Shown here: positions 19,961-29,921 of the stretch, one piece after another | How positions within the stretch are numbered: position 1 is the first letter of the stretch | Layout: each line of letters opens with the position of its first letter | The notes under the pieces: generated by a model | The model's input: the letters and a program-made list of their open reading frames with translations, nothing else | Told to the model about the DNA's origin: nothing | The model's database searches: none | DNA from: Obrimoposthia wandeli | Lineage: Eukaryota | Assembly: GCA_977020255.1 (NCBI GenBank) | Contig: CDROCS010001143.1 | Span: 1 to 64,000, forward strand | DNA: 64,000 bases | Direction: 5' to 3' | Made by a program: the position numbers and the translations under genes

Positions 19961-22946
19961 TCAACCTCTCCCCTTTGGCATCCAAATGAGAAGCCTGAAC
20001 CAACTTCACTTCAATGGTAGTACCGTTTGAATAAACAAAATTTCTTTCTCCAATCCTTTCAAAGGCACTTTCAACTAATCCAAGTCCGATATGTTTTTTC
20101 AAGCTCGGACTATAATAAGCTGATGTGAGATACCCTTGCGTTTTCTCAGGCATCTGAGGATTAGCGGAACTGACGAAATGACCACCAATAGGTAGCACCT
20201 CATTTTGATTTATCGCTTCTACACCGATGAATTGAAAACGATCTTTTCTCGCATCATTAGGTCTACTTAAGGATCTTCGCCCTATAAAATCAGCGCTTTT
20301 CTTGGCAATCGCTCGTCCCCATCCCAAATCAAGGGGGTTGGTTGTTCCATCAGTATCAACACCGATATGGAGATAACCTTTCTCAGTTCTTAGGACCAAG
20401 AGAGATTCAATACCATACGGCGTAATACCAACGCCTTCACCAGCCTTAAAAATTGTTTCCCATAATGATTGACCATAACGCGCAGGCACACATATTTCAT
20501 ATGATATTTCACCGGTAAAGCTTGCTCGCAAGACCCGCGCCTCAACGCCATTAATCAGTCCCATACGCATTTGCATATGCGGGAAGCTTTCTCGTTCAAA
20601 ATCGATATCTGAATCAAGCAGCTTCACAATATCACGGGCTTTTGGACCGCTGACAGTAACATTTGCCCACTGTGTTGTTGCATTACAAATGATTACCTGT
20701 AAGTCAGTCCACTCACATTGCAACCACTCTTCCATCCATAAACTTATACGAGAAGCACCAGCACTCGTTGTATGTACTAAGAAGTGATCATCACAGAGAC
20801 GAACAAAGATGCCGTCATCAATAACCACTCCATTTTCGTTACACATCAAGCCATAACGAGCTGATCCAACTTTGAGGCTTATAACATTATTAACGTATAT
20901 ACGGTTCAAAAATTTAGCGGCGTCAGGTCCTTTAACTTCAATTTTCCCTAGAGGTGAACCATCAAACATGCCTACGTTATTTCTGACTTCAAAAACTTCC
21001 CGTCGGATAGCTTCTTCTTCCGTCTCACCTGATCGCAAATAAAACTCTGGTCGCAACCAGCCCATATCTTCCATATGTGCACCATTATCGATATGCCATT
21101 GATGTGCAGGCATTTCAAATTTAGGTGAATAATTGTCCCCGATTTCACGACCGGCAAATGTACCTATAGTCACTGGATTATAGGGTGGACGAAAACGAGT
21201 AGTACCCACATTTTCTATTTTCTTACCGCTAAGTTCAGCCATCACCGCAAGCGCATTAACGTTACTGGTTTTACCCTGATCTATACTCATGCCATTAGTG
21301 GTATAACGTTTAACATGCTCTACAGACAGAAAGTTTTCAAGCTTAGCAAGCTCAATGTCTGAAACCTTCACATCATATTGAAAATCGAGCCATTGTTTCT
21401 CTGTAGGCGCGCTTTTAGTATACCAATAATCTTCTCTTGCCTCTTCTATGAACTCATCACATTGAACGGCCTTCGGCTCAGTAGAACTTAAATCGCCTGC
21501 AACGCTAGCTCCTGCAACCTGCCCTTCTTGTAAACATTCTGTAAGACGAAAATTGCCATTAGCAGCACCGACAACCGTGACATTCTGAGTACACGTTTGA
21601 GGAACAAAGCAAGAGCGCTCTTCATCAAAATAAAGCTGGCCTCCGGCTTGCGAATAAAGATGAATTGTTGGAGTCCATCCTGCAGACATCGCAACCACGT
21701 CACATTTAATAGTTTCGATGACTTGACCTAAGTGACCATCTCCAGAATGCTCGGCAATAGTGACAGCTTTTACTTCCCTTCTGCCATGCACCTTATGAAT
21801 CATCGCTCCCATAAACAACGGAATATTCATTTCTTTTATCTTTGCCTGATAATCACCGTCACACCCAGAACGCGTATCAATGACTGCTGCAACGTCAACC
21901 CCTGCATCCTTCATATCCATAGCAACGCGATAAGCATGATCGTTATTGCAGACAACAACTGTCCGCTGCCCTGCCTGCACTCCGTAACGATTAAGATAAC
22001 ACTGAACACCCGATGCAAGCATAATCCCTGGTCGATCATTATTTGGGAATACCAGTGGACGCTCTATTGCGCCTGTCGCTAAAACAACATGCCCAGCTCG
22101 AATTCTTAACAACCGTTCTCTGATTTTTCTTTCCGAAAGACCCAAATGATTTGTAACTCTTTGAGCTCCCGCTAAAAAATTCTGATCATAGTAACCACTG
22201 ATGAGTGTTCTTGGCAAAAGAGTAACGTTGGACATTTCTTGCAACTCCACTAACGAGCTTTCAATCCACTCAATAGCACTTTGATCTCCAATTTTTCTAT
22301 TTTCTCCCAGAAGGCTGCCACCAAACTCTTCTTGAGCATCTACCAATAGCACTTTTACACCACTACGCCCTGCTGCTAGAGCCGCAGATAATCCTGATGC
22401 ACCACCACCACATACAAGCACGTCACAATGAAAATTACGCTTGTCGTATTGTTGTTTATCAGGAAGCTCTGGTAATTTACCAAGACCCGCCATTTTTCGA
22501 ATAACACCTTCGTAAAAATGCCAGCTTGGCCACATCATTGATTTATAATAAAATGAAGCAGGAAACATTCGATGAAACAGACTTAATACACTAAATATAT
22601 CACGGTCAACGTTAGGCCATGAATTCTGACCTTTTGCATTCAACCCTTCATATAAAGGTACGAGCGTAGCACGAGCATTTGGTTCATCATATCCCGAACC
22701 TGACTCAAGCTGGAACAAAGCATTAGATTCTTCAATCCCTGCGCTCATTAATCCTCTGGGACGATGCAGTTTAAAACTCCGCCCAACACGCTTCACATTA
22801 TTGGCTAAAAGAGCCGATGCGAGAGTATCTCCCTTACAGCCAATATATGTTTTTCCATCAAACTTAAAAGTTACCGGTTTTGACGGATCAACCCTGTGCG
22901 CTGTTGGTGCTCGCACTAGGGGATCAACTCTTTTTGGCTGACTCAT
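19953..22946 (-). CDS. soxA: Sarcosine oxidase alpha subunit
   Basis: GDTLASALLAN, FYYKSMMWP, EHVKRYTT, GKTSNVN, TTRFRPPY and GcvT-like folate-binding C-terminus. Confidence 0.93.
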   Translation of the reverse strand: MSQPKRVDPLVRAPTAHRVDPSKPVTFKFDGKTYIGCKGDTLASALLANNVKRVGRSFKLHRPRGLMSAGIEESNALFQLESGSGYDEPNARATLVPLYEGLNAKGQNSWPNVDRDIFSVLSLFHRMFPASFYYKSMMWPSWHFYEGVIRKMAGLGKLPELPDKQQYDKRNFHCDVLVCGGGASGLSAALAAGRSGVKVLLVDAQEEFGGSLLGENRKIGDQSAIEWIESSLVELQEMSNVTLLPRTLISGYYDQNFLAGAQRVTNHLGLSERKIRERLLRIRAGHVVLATGAIERPLVFPNNDRPGIMLASGVQCYLNRYGVQAGQRTVVVCNNDHAYRVAMDMKDAGVDVAAVIDTRSGCDGDYQAKIKEMNIPLFMGAMIHKVHGRREVKAVTIAEHSGDGHLGQVIETIKCDVVAMSAGWTPTIHLYSQAGGQLYFDEERSCFVPQTCTQNVTVVGAANGNFRLTECLQEGQVAGASVAGDLSSTEPKAVQCDEFIEEAREDYWYTKSAPTEKQWLDFQYDVKVSDIELAKLENFLSVEHVKRYTTNGMSIDQGKTSNVNALAVMAELSGKKIENVGTTRFRPPYNPVTIGTFAGREIGDNYSPKFEMPAHQWHIDNGAHMEDMGWLRPEFYLRSGETEEEAIRREVFEVRNNVGMFDGSPLGKIEVKGPDAAKFLNRIYVNNVISLKVGSARYGLMCNENGVVIDDGIFVRLCDDHFLVHTTSAGASRISLWMEEWLQCEWTDLQVIICNATTQWANVTVSGPKARDIVKLLDSDIDFERESFPHMQMRMGLINGVEARVLRASFTGEISYEICVPARYGQSLWETIFKAGEGVGITPYGIESLLVLRTEKGYLHIGVDTDGTTNPLDLGWGRAIAKKSADFIGRRSLSRPNDARKDRFQFIGVEAINQNEVLPIGGHFVSSANPQMPEKTQGYLTSAYYSPSLKKHIGLGLVESAFERIGERNFVYSNGTTIEVKLVQASHLDAKGERLNG

Positions 22947-23278
22947 ACCGCCACCTTCTTCACATCAGTTTTAACTATATTTTCAATTTTATCAGCGTTC
23001 TTACCTTCAAAAGAAGGCCGTTCGCCCATTAAATATATTTCTATGACTTCATGGGTAACTGTATCTCGAGCAACATTAAACCATTGCCGACATCCAAAAG
23101 TATGACGCCAACGCTCAAGAAGAACTCCTTTAGTGTTGGCCCTATTAAACAAGTAATGCGCCCACTCATCATCAGACAGGATGGATGGATCTTCAGGTCG
23201 GATAACATGCGCTTCTCCACCCCAATCAAATTCATCTTCATCACGGGTGCCGCACCACGGGCAATCAATTCTTAACAT
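22943..23278 (-). CDS. soxD: Sarcosine oxidase delta subunit
   Basis: CPWCGTRDEDEF, ERWRHTFGC Zn ligands. Confidence 0.92.
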   Translation of the reverse strand: MLRIDCPWCGTRDEDEFDWGGEAHVIRPEDPSILSDDEWAHYLFNRANTKGVLLERWRHTFGCRQWFNVARDTVTHEVIEIYLMGERPSFEGKNADKIENIVKTDVKKVAV

Positions 23279-23305
23279 TATTATTCTCCTATAATTCGAC
23301 AGCAG

Positions 23306-24556
23306 TTAATGAGCTACACCAGCTGCAGCGCCCTCATCGACAAGAGCTCCTTCTGCAAACCTAGCCATCGAAAAAGGTTTTATCAATTCATGTGGTTGGT
23401 CATGTGCAATGGTATATGCGAGCGTGTCACCACCCGCGGGAATTGCTTTAAATCCACCCGTACCCCAACCACCGCTAATATACAAACCAGTAATAGGAGT
23501 TTTACCTATAATAGGACTTGAATCTGGTGATAGATCAACAATTCCGGCCCACTGACGCATTAATTTAAGGCGACTGAAACTCGGAAATAGCCCGAGTGTC
23601 GCTGAAAGCGTTTCTTCCAACGTAGGAAGATTACCGCGCTGACCATAAGATGGATAACGATCGGCACCGCCACCAATAAGAATCTCCCCTCTATCAGACT
23701 GACTAACATATGCATGGACTAACGGCGAGACCACCACTCCTTCCAAACACTTTTTAATCGGTTCACTAACCATCGCTTGTAAAGGCTGGCTCAAAATAGG
23801 TACGGACAGTCCCGCCATTTCTGCAAGCATGCTTGTGTGACCTGCTACGGCAAATGCTACTTTGTCGGCTTTAATATATCCTTGACTCGTCGATACGCCT
23901 AAAACCCGATTTCCTGAAACCTTAATATCTTTTACTTCACAGTTTTGAATAATATCTACACCATGATTATCTGCTCCACGAGCATAACCCCAAGCGACTG
24001 CATCATGACGCGCAACTCCTCCTCTACTCTGAACATACCCACCCCATATTGGAGATCGTGCATCTTTAGACACATCTAGAAGTGGATTTTTTTTCTGGAT
24101 GCCTTCACGGCTAAGCATTTCAGCATCAACGCCTTGCAACTGAAGCGAGTTAGACCAGCGTTCAAGCATTTCCATATCGTGCCGACTATGCCCTAGCACT
24201 GTCATGCCTCCTTGGCTCAACATGACATTGTAGTTAAGCTCACGGGACAGATCTTCATAAAGTTTCAACGAGTAGTCGAAGAAATTTGTACTCTGAGGGT
24301 AAAAATAATTAGAACGTACAACCGTCGTATTCCGACCAGTATTTCCACCGCCAATCCAGCCCTTTTCAAGTACGGCAACATTGTTAATGCCATATTTTTT
24401 AGACAGATAATATGCGGTAGCTAATCCCTGACCTCCGCCACCGATAATGACAACATCGTATGACTTTTTGGGTTCAGGGCTTCGCCACTGAGCGGTCCAA
24501 TTTTTATGACCACTTAGAGAGTGCTTAGCGACTTGTAGTAAAGAAAACTTATCCAT
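23306..24556 (-). CDS. soxB: Sarcosine oxidase beta subunit
   Basis: GGGGQGLATAYYL, GGGNTGRNTT, ARHDAVAWG (covalent FMN His), GWGTGGFKA. Confidence 0.94.
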   Translation of the reverse strand: MDKFSLLQVAKHSLSGHKNWTAQWRSPEPKKSYDVVIIGGGGQGLATAYYLSKKYGINNVAVLEKGWIGGGNTGRNTTVVRSNYFYPQSTNFFDYSLKLYEDLSRELNYNVMLSQGGMTVLGHSRHDMEMLERWSNSLQLQGVDAEMLSREGIQKKNPLLDVSKDARSPIWGGYVQSRGGVARHDAVAWGYARGADNHGVDIIQNCEVKDIKVSGNRVLGVSTSQGYIKADKVAFAVAGHTSMLAEMAGLSVPILSQPLQAMVSEPIKKCLEGVVVSPLVHAYVSQSDRGEILIGGGADRYPSYGQRGNLPTLEETLSATLGLFPSFSRLKLMRQWAGIVDLSPDSSPIIGKTPITGLYISGGWGTGGFKAIPAGGDTLAYTIAHDQPHELIKPFSMARFAEGALVDEGAAAGVAH

Positions 24557-24643
24557 CTGGTTTGCCTTTTTATTATTTAATATAAGCTATAAGCTACGAA
24601 TGCTTGATTTTGTTCTCTGCTTAATTAACAAATACAAGCTGCA

Positions 24644-24737
24644 ATTAAGTCACACGGATTAACAACAAGTCAAGCAGCTTACGTAAAAAAATAGATAATT
24701 AATCCTCTTGACTTAGTGTTAATCCGTGTGGCTTAAT
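24644..24737. promoter_or_regulatory. 31-bp imperfect inverted repeat in the soxB/dctP divergent promoter
   Basis: Arms 24644-24674 and 24707-24737 match at 28/31 positions, 32-bp spacer. Confidence 0.7.
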
Positions 24738-24823
24738 CGAGATGAGACCGTTTCCAGTACTCAAGCTTTAGAACTATGCTGAGTGGTAACTCAACCAAAT
24801 AAATATAGAAACAGGGAAAACTC

Positions 24824-25819
24824 ATGAACTTTAAGAAAATTTTTCAAGGAACGTTGATCGCAACCTCTATGCTACTAAGTCTGAGCGCCAGCGCAATGAC
24901 CTTAAAGATAGCAACAGATTCTGGCGCAAAAGGATCTCCCGCAGGTGATGCCATCGAAAATTGGGCAGCACTTATCGAGAAAGAAAGTAATGGTGAAATC
25001 AAATTAAACATATATTACCAGAACCAGCTAGGTGGCCAGCAAGAGGTATTTGATCTCTTAGTTGCTGGTGAAGTTGATATGATGCTGAATTGGCCTATGA
25101 CTTCATATGACAAGCGTCTTGCAGTCATGTATACACCCTATATGACTTTCAACTGGGCAGAAGCGTTAGCCGCCTATGCGCAAGGTGGCTGGGCTAATAA
25201 CATGCTGAACGGAATTTACAATGATCAGGGACTGAAATTTTTAGGCGCTTGGCCTGAAGGGTTTACTGGTGTTGCAACCCGTGGAACTTATGCAAAAAAC
25301 ATGAAAGAAGCTGAAAGCTTGAAAGTAAGAACGCCTCCTTCTTTTCCTTTTCCCCAAATTCTACAAGCGTTAGGCTATCAAGCAACGGCAATCGATTGGG
25401 GTGAAGTATTTACTTCAATTCAAACTGGTGTTGTCGACGGTGACGCAGGTAATGTGATCTATTATGATTATGAATATTTTCGCGATGTTCTCGATTATTA
25501 CGTGCGCACCAAGCATATGTTCAGTACCGGCGCACTTACTATGAATAGTGATTCATTCGATAAACTGTCACCTGAACAGAAAAAAATTATTGAAAGCACC
25601 GCTCAAGAAGTCATGGAAAAGCAATTTAAAGATGGTAAAGCATTCGATGACTTGTATGTGAAAAAAGCAAAAGAAGCTGGAATGGAATACATCGAACTAT
25701 CGGATGAAACACTCAAAGTTTACGCTAAGACTGTGCGAGAAAAAGTATGGCCACTCATGGAAGAAAAAATTGGTAAGGGGATTATGGATACGATCAGAGC
25801 AAATGCTACGAAGCTCTAA
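24824..25819 (+). CDS. TRAP substrate-binding protein (DctP family)
   Basis: Signal peptide, QLGGQQE, LKVRT (conserved Arg), WGEVFTSIQTGVVDG. Confidence 0.9.
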   Translation: MNFKKIFQGTLIATSMLLSLSASAMTLKIATDSGAKGSPAGDAIENWAALIEKESNGEIKLNIYYQNQLGGQQEVFDLLVAGEVDMMLNWPMTSYDKRLAVMYTPYMTFNWAEALAAYAQGGWANNMLNGIYNDQGLKFLGAWPEGFTGVATRGTYAKNMKEAESLKVRTPPSFPFPQILQALGYQATAIDWGEVFTSIQTGVVDGDAGNVIYYDYEYFRDVLDYYVRTKHMFSTGALTMNSDSFDKLSPEQKKIIESTAQEVMEKQFKDGKAFDDLYVKKAKEAGMEYIELSDETLKVYAKTVREKVWPLMEEKIGKGIMDTIRANATKL

Positions 25820-25980
25820 CTGACCTTTAACACTCAAGCCTTTTGACACTTCATTAGGCTTCTTACTTTGTTAATACTCTTGATTAAATACATTAGGAAT
25901 ATTATCAAAAGCTGAAATAGAAATATTAAAAATAAACTCTGTATTATTACCTATTTAATAATAAAAATTCAGGCAAAAAA

Positions 25981-26499
25981 ATGAGTAATTTAATAAAAAA
26001 AATAGATTCTATATTAGAAAAAACATTACACACAATAGCAATTATTAGTACTTTAACGGTTACTGGACTCATGTTGTTTTTGGTTTTTTCTCGCTACGTA
26101 ATGGGCTGGTCTATTATTGGCCTACATGAAGTTATTCTAATGGCTGCTATGTGGCTTTACATGGCCGGCGCAATGATTGCGTGCAGGCGAAACGAGCACC
26201 TCACAGTCGACCTTTTACATCAAAAAATAACCTCACCTTTCTGGAAAATTATCCACTTCAGATTCGTATCTTTTGTTACCCTGATTACTTGCATGTTCTT
26301 TATGGCTTGGTCTTATAAACTACTAGGCTGGGAACTTAAACGCCCTCAAAGTACACCAGGACTCGGTCTACCACTAATAATTCCGCAATTAGCTATTATC
26401 ATTACAAGCATATTCGCCTTTATATATGGTATCCGCGATTTTATTCGAGGTGCACCATATAACACTAACATCACTAACAATAATCCAAAGGAATACTAG
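25981..26499 (+). CDS. TRAP small permease (DctQ)
   Basis: Four hydrophobic segments, RY...EV...W, HLTVDLL. Confidence 0.87.
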   Translation: MSNLIKKIDSILEKTLHTIAIISTLTVTGLMLFLVFSRYVMGWSIIGLHEVILMAAMWLYMAGAMIACRRNEHLTVDLLHQKITSPFWKIIHFRFVSFVTLITCMFFMAWSYKLLGWELKRPQSTPGLGLPLIIPQLAIIITSIFAFIYGIRDFIRGAPYNTNITNNNPKEY

Positions 26500-26501
26500 C
26501 C

Positions 26502-27791
26502 ATGGCTATTTTTGCAATATTTATTCTAATAGTGCTAATGATTCTAGGTATTCCAATAGTATGGTCTTTTGCTGCTGCATTAGCGTATTTGACTTTCGTA
26601 TTCGACTCAAACCTTACCGTACTATTACTTCAAGGGTTTCGATCGCTTAACTCAGTCATACTTCTGGCACTTCCTCTTTTTATATTTGCTGGCTATTTAA
26701 TGCAATTCGGTGGAATTGCATCCCGACTTGTTAGTTTTATAGAAGTACTAGTTGCTGGGCGCAAAGGAGGCCTTGGAGCTTCGATGGTTTTTACCTCAAG
26801 TATCTTTGGCGCTATTTCCGGCACGTCTACTGCTGCTGTAGCAGCTATTGGTACAATAATGATCGACCCCCTGGCCAAAAAAGGTTATCCAAGAGGCTAT
26901 TCGAGTGCTCTCTTAGGCATATCCTCTCTACTAGGGATTCTCATTCCTCCATCAGTAACTCTCATTCTGTTTGGTGTAGTAACACGCCAATCAATTACTG
27001 CTTTATTTTCTGCAACTCTCGGTCCCGCTTTATTATTAATTATCGGTCTAGTGATATTTAATCGGTTCAGTATAGGTCGTAGTTTTAATGAGGTACCGGA
27101 TACTCTCTCATCTGAAAAGAAAATTCCATTTAGTAAAACTCTCCTTTCTGCTCTGCCGGCATTATCGATGCCATTGGTCATTCTTGGAGGCATTTACGGT
27201 GGTGTTTTTACACCTACCGAAGCAGCGGCCGTCGCTGTTATGGTTGCTTTGGTTGTTGGCTTTTTCATCTATAAGGAACTAACGATCTTAAAACTCAAAA
27301 ACAGTATAGTCGCCTCTGCAGAAACAACAGGCACCATTATTTTAATATTACTGTTTTCTTTCATGATCGGTCGAATTCTTGTTTCTGAACGGGTACCACA
27401 AGAAATAAGCGAGTTTATTACTTCGTTAATTCAAGATAAGTTCATGATCCTTATTTTGATCAATCTCGTTCTCATTGCCGCTGGAGCAATAATGGACGAT
27501 GTATCAGTCACTGTAGTCTTAGCACCTCTATTTATGCCGCTCATCACTAGCATAGGTGTCGATCCGATTCATTATGCATCTATTGTTGCCTGTTCAGTCG
27601 TCATTGGCGCTAACAGCCCGCCGGTAGCACCTATCTTATATATGGCATGTAAAATAGGAAAAGTATCAATTCATGAAGCTATATTACCGGCTCTTAAATT
27701 AATCGCTTACGTAGCGATCCCTGTAATGCTAGTGACGACTTTTGTACCTGAGCTATCTCTATTCATTCCTAGACTCCTTGGTTTTATGTAA
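26502..27791 (+). CDS. TRAP large permease (DctM)
   Basis: LLALPLFIFAG, GAISGTS, GILIPPS, GVFTPTEAAA, GVDPIH. Confidence 0.92.
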   Translation: MAIFAIFILIVLMILGIPIVWSFAAALAYLTFVFDSNLTVLLLQGFRSLNSVILLALPLFIFAGYLMQFGGIASRLVSFIEVLVAGRKGGLGASMVFTSSIFGAISGTSTAAVAAIGTIMIDPLAKKGYPRGYSSALLGISSLLGILIPPSVTLILFGVVTRQSITALFSATLGPALLLIIGLVIFNRFSIGRSFNEVPDTLSSEKKIPFSKTLLSALPALSMPLVILGGIYGGVFTPTEAAAVAVMVALVVGFFIYKELTILKLKNSIVASAETTGTIILILLFSFMIGRILVSERVPQEISEFITSLIQDKFMILILINLVLIAAGAIMDDVSVTVVLAPLFMPLITSIGVDPIHYASIVACSVVIGANSPPVAPILYMACKIGKVSIHEAILPALKLIAYVAIPVMLVTTFVPELSLFIPRLLGFM

Positions 27792-27887
27792 TTTCTCTTT
27801 TCATTTAAGCCAATAAACATCAATAACATAAGAAGGGCATGAAAATGCCCTTTAACGTATCCATATGAAATAAGAGGAGGTCAGAAA

Positions 27888-29006
27888 GTGGGAATAGAAA
27901 ACAAGATAACTCGAATTGAATTGAAAAAACCTAATAATAAAACACTTTCGCTAAAGACAATAATCAATAAAAAAAACCAGATTAAAAACACAAATGACAA
28001 TCAACAGCTAAAAACACAACCACTCTATGCCGTACCAAAAAAAAATAGTAAGGCTCAGCTAAACAGGTTTTGTTTTTTAGTGCAACCTGGGTTTTCAGCA
28101 ATTGATCTAGTATCTGCAACCCATGTCTTGAGTTTAGCAAACAAGGAGTATCGCGATACTCTATATGAATGGACTATCGTAAGTAAACAAGGCCAAGGGC
28201 TGCCATCATATGAAGGGATAGGCATTGAAATAAATAATAGTATACACTCAATTAATTTTTCTGAGATTGATACTCTCGTAGTCTGTGGCGGTAGTCGATT
28301 AGAATGTAGAGATCTAGAAATAGTAAACTGGCTCCTATCCGCTGACTCAAAAAAAATTGAAATTGGCGCAATAGGTAGTGGTGTTTATCTATTAGCTGCT
28401 GCAGGTCTATTAGACGGTTATCAGTGTACTACTCACTGGGAATACCTTCCCGCTTTCAGAGAAGCCTTTCCTTATCTTGATATATCCCCTCGCCTTTTCG
28501 TACTTAATGAGCAAAGATTTAGCTGTTCTGGCGGTAGTAGCGTTATCGATCTAATGATAACAATGATAGCTAAAAACCACAGCACCTCCCTCGCAAAAAG
28601 GTTGGCAGATAAACTGTTGTTTGATAGGGCTCGTGAAAATTCAGACCCTCAGTTTTCTTCATCTATATTTAATATAGTAAAAAATCAGCCTAAGTTAACT
28701 GAAGCTATTACGCTGATGGAAACTAATTTGGAAGAGCCTTTGAGCATGGAAGATATCGCTAAATATACTGGCGTCTCAAACAGACAAATTGAGCGGTTGT
28801 TCAATAAGCACCTTGATAGCTCTCCCTCTAAATATTACTTAGAATTAAGGCTCACTAAAGCACGAGGACTAATACGCCACACCAATAATAGTATTACTCA
28901 AATTTCAGTAACCTTCGGCTTTAATTCTGTAGCGCACTTTAGTACATCGTATCGTCGATTTTTTGGGCTACAGCCAAAAGAAGATCGCCATTCATTATCC
29001 GTGTAA
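27888..29006 (+). CDS. GlxA-family AraC regulator
   Basis: DJ-1-like domain (LAAAGLLDGYQCTTHWE) plus double HTH (RQIERLF, GFNSVAHFSTSYRRFFG). Confidence 0.9.
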   Translation: MGIENKITRIELKKPNNKTLSLKTIINKKNQIKNTNDNQQLKTQPLYAVPKKNSKAQLNRFCFLVQPGFSAIDLVSATHVLSLANKEYRDTLYEWTIVSKQGQGLPSYEGIGIEINNSIHSINFSEIDTLVVCGGSRLECRDLEIVNWLLSADSKKIEIGAIGSGVYLLAAAGLLDGYQCTTHWEYLPAFREAFPYLDISPRLFVLNEQRFSCSGGSSVIDLMITMIAKNHSTSLAKRLADKLLFDRARENSDPQFSSSIFNIVKNQPKLTEAITLMETNLEEPLSMEDIAKYTGVSNRQIERLFNKHLDSSPSKYYLELRLTKARGLIRHTNNSITQISVTFGFNSVAHFSTSYRRFFGLQPKEDRHSLSV

Positions 29007-29251
29007 ACTCCGTTATACCCACTTTTTTTGCTTCAGTGTTAAAGTCATCCTCTATACTTCTAATTAAATATCTAATCAAAAAAGTTGCATGCCTTTAGCC
29101 ACATATATTAACGGCTTTTGTCTTATACTGTTCTTCAACAGCATGTTTTTCAGGTGCCTTGCCGTTTTTCATATTCCTTATCCAGTACACATTCATACCA
29201 CCAATATTTCGCGCCATTTCTAAGATAAAGCCAGACTCAAGTGATGCTTAC

Positions 29252-29740
29252 AGCGTAAGGTGATAGTGACATCTCTTGTTCGACGATGATTGATAAGCCA
29301 TTTATCGATTTTCTAAAATCGACAAAATCACGATGTAGATAGACTGACTTGAATTCGTTTAAGCCTCTCACGAGTGAAGTTCGCGCAAAAGCTGAGCGAT
29401 AAACTTGGCATCACTGCTATGATCACATTGAAAGCTCACGCCATTACAAGCAAGTGTGTAGAAAGCAGAAGGAGTGGGTAAGTTTCTGACTTTAGGCTCT
29501 ACTTTGATGAAGGCGGTTTTAGGTTTTTTTAACTTACATTTATAGTAACTGTAATATTTTTGATTGATATCATTCTGGCGGCAGAACTCAGCAGCACTAA
29601 GGCCACTAGTAAGTTGTTGCTCAACGATGATTTTCCAGTCTGATAGTGATCGACGGCTCATATACTGCTCCTTAAGAAAAGAAGCTAGTGTAATCAGAGC
29701 TAGGTATCGTTGAATAGTTTGTGGTTAGTTAGCCGCTTAC
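29252..29740 (-). mobile_element. IS66-family remnant (tnpA plus start of tnpB)
   Basis: Left end gtaagcggct on the minus strand at 29740; TnpA-like ORF 29368-29661 (QQLTSGLSAAEFCRQNDI); TnpB start VYLHRDFVDFRKSINGLSIIVEQEM then breaks off; no tnpC. Confidence 0.8.
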
Positions 29741-29921
29741 CTTACAGCTCAATGATTGCCGCACCGGACTCAGTTTTATTTAGGATTTTTATGATTAAAC
29801 TATCGGTATAACGTGACTTTTTATAGATCAATAACAGCTTTTTGTAGCGATTAATTAGACAAAAAAAGACCGTATCATTCGACACGGCCTTTTTTATTTT
29901 ATCAGAAGTAAACTTTATCTA

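Noticed and set aside
29243-29251. Second IS66-like end (gtaagcatc on the minus strand) where tnpB breaks off
   Set aside because: Short match, no target duplication, and the following sequence is not IS66-like.
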